10,742 nucleotides of DNA from Azolla caroliniana (lineage: Eukaryota; Plantae; Polypodiophyta): assembly GCA_043228905.1 (NCBI GenBank), contig JBHGNT010001236.1, positions 1 through 10,742 on the forward strand, given 5' to 3'. Position 1 is the stretch's first letter, and each line of letters starts with the position of its first letter. This document shows positions 7,806 to 10,742 of this stretch, piece by piece. A program made the position numbers and the translations under genes. The notes under the pieces were generated by a model, which was not told where the DNA came from, made no database searches, and was given only the letters and a program-made list of their open reading frames with translations.

Positions 7806-10742
7806 CATCTAACTATGTCCCCAATTCAGTGTAATAAAAGTTGTCACCCCATTAATGAAAAGGAATTCTTGTTTTCTGAAAATGGGATGTGTAAATTTAG
7901 AAACATTAATAGAGGAGATATTAAAATAGAAATCCTAGAGGAACAACTTTTGATGATGAGACAATAAACGGGTACATGGAGATAATATCATTTGATGATA
8001 CTCTTGGGGAAATGGAGAAAGTCATTGAATTGAAACAACAAGTCAACAGAGTGATTCCAACCAACTCTGTCGCTTTATACACTGCCATTGACGAATACAA
8101 GCAAGGTGTTGCAGAAGATGAAGTCGAAGTTAATACCAAATACAAGATTATGGATAAGAAGGTCAAACTTGTGGCTGCTCCTTTGCCTGAAGACAGTTGG
8201 TAGTGAATAAAGGAGGTAGCGCGAGATCCATGCCTTAGAAACCCGAAAGGAGTAGGGCATGTCTTCACTGACGAAACTCGTAGGAAGCTCAAAGTTGGTA
8301 GGGGTGAGTTTTTGCTACCCAAAGAAGAGTCCAAGTTCTGGGAAATGTTGGAGCAGCACAGGAAAGCGTTTGCCTTTTCCTCACAAGAGATCGGATGTGT
8401 TGACCCATCACTTGTGGAACTAATGGTTATCTTCACAATACCCCATGTACCATGGAACTTGAATCCAATTCCCGTCCCAAGAGCTCATATTCCAAAATTG
8501 CTACAACTATTAAAGGAAAAGTTTAGAATGGGAATCCTCGAGCCATCTAATGCGCCTTATTCAAATAGGTGGTTCACAGTGCCGAAGAAGAATGGAGCAC
8601 TTCGATTTATCCAAGATCTGCAGCCGGTAAACAAGGTCACCATTTGTAATCCTAGGATTGGACCTAGTGTCGATGAGCTTGCCGAAGCTTTTGCGGAAAT
8701 GCCGATTTACTCATTTGGAAACTTGTATTCTGGATACGACCAATTTTTAATTGTCTTTGGATAGTCGAGACATCACAACCATGCAGACTCCCATCAAGCT
8801 AGTAAGGAGGTGTACATTATCGCAAGGAGCAACTAACTCGGTGGCCCATATGATGAATGTCATGAACAAAGTACTAAGAGACTACATCCCAAATATTACT
8901 ATGCCTTTCCTCGATGATATCCCTATGAACGGGTGCTCTGAATTAGAGGACGAGTCTTTAGATCAAGATGGATGTCAAAGATTTGTTTCAAACCATATTG
9001 AAGAATGTGAAAGAGTGCGACAAAGACTAGAATTTACGAGACTCACATTCTCCGAAGAAAAATCGGCATTCGGGCAGCACAAGATCTTCATAGTGGGACA
9101 TCTTTGTGGACCATATGGACAAAAACCCTCTCTCGAGAAGGTGAATGCTATTCAAGAGATGCGAGAGGAATGTGGAAAACAAACAGAAGATTCTTAGGAG
9201 AATGTGCATTCTACCATATTTGGATTCCACACTATGCTCTTGTGGCTGAACCCTTGTATAGTTTATTGAAAAAATGGAGAAAATTCAAATGGGAACCGGT
9301 CTACACAGAGGCGATGAAGAGGCTAAAAGGGATGCTAGTGGCAACTCGAACTTTAAGAAAATTCTTCTACAAAGAAGGGATGCCCATCTACATCACGGTA
9401 GATATGAGCCCAACATGAATTGGATGGGTCAACAATCAAGAAGTAGAAGATAGCACACGGTACACCATTTGGTTCAGATCAAAGGTCCTTAGAGAACGAC
9501 ATCGAGGATACGCCCAAGTCAAGTGAGAACTCTAAGGTATCATGTCTACGGTGAAGGTAGACAAGGACTACCTGATCGGGCCGAAAGTGATAATTGAGAC
9601 GAATTCCTCCCAATCCTTGGGATGACCTCAGAATGTGGGACACCAGATCTGGCTATGTTAAGGTGGTCGCTCATATCAAAGCGTTGAATAGAGATCCGCC
9701 ACATTACAGGAAAAAACAACGCCATGGTTGACACATTGTCAAGAGCAAGATTTCAGGATGAGACTGACATGGTTTTGGAAGATGAAGGCATCCCCTCAAC
9801 TCCTTCAAGATGGCCCAACTGTTGGTAGAAGATCAATGTATGGAAACCCTCCATGCCTTCAACGAGAACAAGTATGAAGGGGAATGGTTACTGATCGGAA
9901 GGTTCTTGAGCACAATGATGGTGGGTGCTTCATGCACGAAGGAGGAGCCTCTACGGACCTGAAAGAAAGCTTACCAATACTTTTTGAAGGGAGGATTCCT
10001 CTGGTGACACCCAAAGAGAAGGACATGGATGCCACGTCGAGTAGTGGTTAAGAGAGAGGACCAAACGATGTTGATGTCTGAATTCCACGAGAGTCCTTGG
10101 GCAGGTCATAGAGGAACATGGGCAGTGTTCGAAAAACTGAAGGAGAAGTACTGGTACCCGACCATGTACAAAGACATACTGCATTTCGTGTTCACATGCA
10201 AAAGCTGCCAAGTACATTTGAGCATATTTCACCATGATGAGTTGTGGTCGATATAGCCACTCACCATACACTTCAAATGGATGGTGGATCTGGTCTCGAT
10301 GCCAATGGGAGTGGGACAAATGAAGTACTTGGTACTAGCAAGGGAAGACTTGATGAATAAGGTGGAAGAACGGGTCTTGGAAAATAAGACAATGTTAGCC
10401 TTTTAAAAATTTCTACTCGAAGAGGTTGTCTGTCAATACAGATGTGTGGGAAAGATAGTGGCCGACCGAGGGGAGTTGGATGCACACAAAACAATGGAGC
10501 TCTTCGAGTGACTAGGCGTGAAGCTCTCCCTCACGACTGCCTACAATCTGGAAGCAAATGGGAAGATTGAGTGAGAGCATGGACCGATAGTCAAAGCCAT
10601 CGTACGAGCATGCGACGGTCGAATTGGGAACTGGCTGCGACTATTGTCGTATGCATTGTGGGCCGATAGAACTACGCACAATTCTGTGACAGGCTATATG
10701 CTAGCAGAGCTCATGTATGGACAAAAGCCAGTAATGCCCATC
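7806..10742 (+). mobile_element. Second Ty3/gypsy element (element C), internal region only, related to element A; runs off the right edge
   Basis: Collinear with 2390-5178 of element A at protein and DNA level; no LTR in the window; left limit set at the copia LTR boundary. Confidence 0.88.
7976..10742 (+). pseudogene. pol: Disrupted gypsy pol of element C (RT ~8410-9110, RNase H ~9390-9745, integrase ~10030-end)
   Basis: NTKYKIMDKKVK, GILEPSNAPYSNRWFTVPKK, FGNLYSGYDQ (first catalytic Asp reads Asn), PFLDD (8907-8918), TVDMSP, FHESPWAGH..CKSC, WMVDL, VADRG. Many stops and frameshifts (e.g. ~8750, ~9190, ~9600). Confidence 0.92.

Overview
The whole window is decayed LTR-retrotransposon DNA from a eukaryote, most likely a land plant (the PBS matches plant cytosolic tRNA-Trp; a moss-like host is only a guess). 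There is no host gene and no intact ORF. Three elements are nested. (A) A Ty3/gypsy element with two LTRs (758-6885, +) has a tRNA-Trp PBS, a PPT and a pseudogenised RT-RNaseH-integrase frame, but no recognisable gag or protease. (B) Element A sits inside the gag gene of a Tnt1-like Ty1/copia element on the minus strand (5' LTR 7499-7805, tRNA-iMet PBS, gag 7378->6886, resuming 757->1 through the protease). (C) The copia abuts, and probably interrupts, a second related and more decayed gypsy pol (7806-10742+, +). The most interesting points are the pol-only architecture of A, the 8-nt LTR-PBS gap, a U5-leader fold, an LTR-end-like sequence beside the insertion site with a degenerate TSD, and repeat-driven remodelling of the two LTRs.
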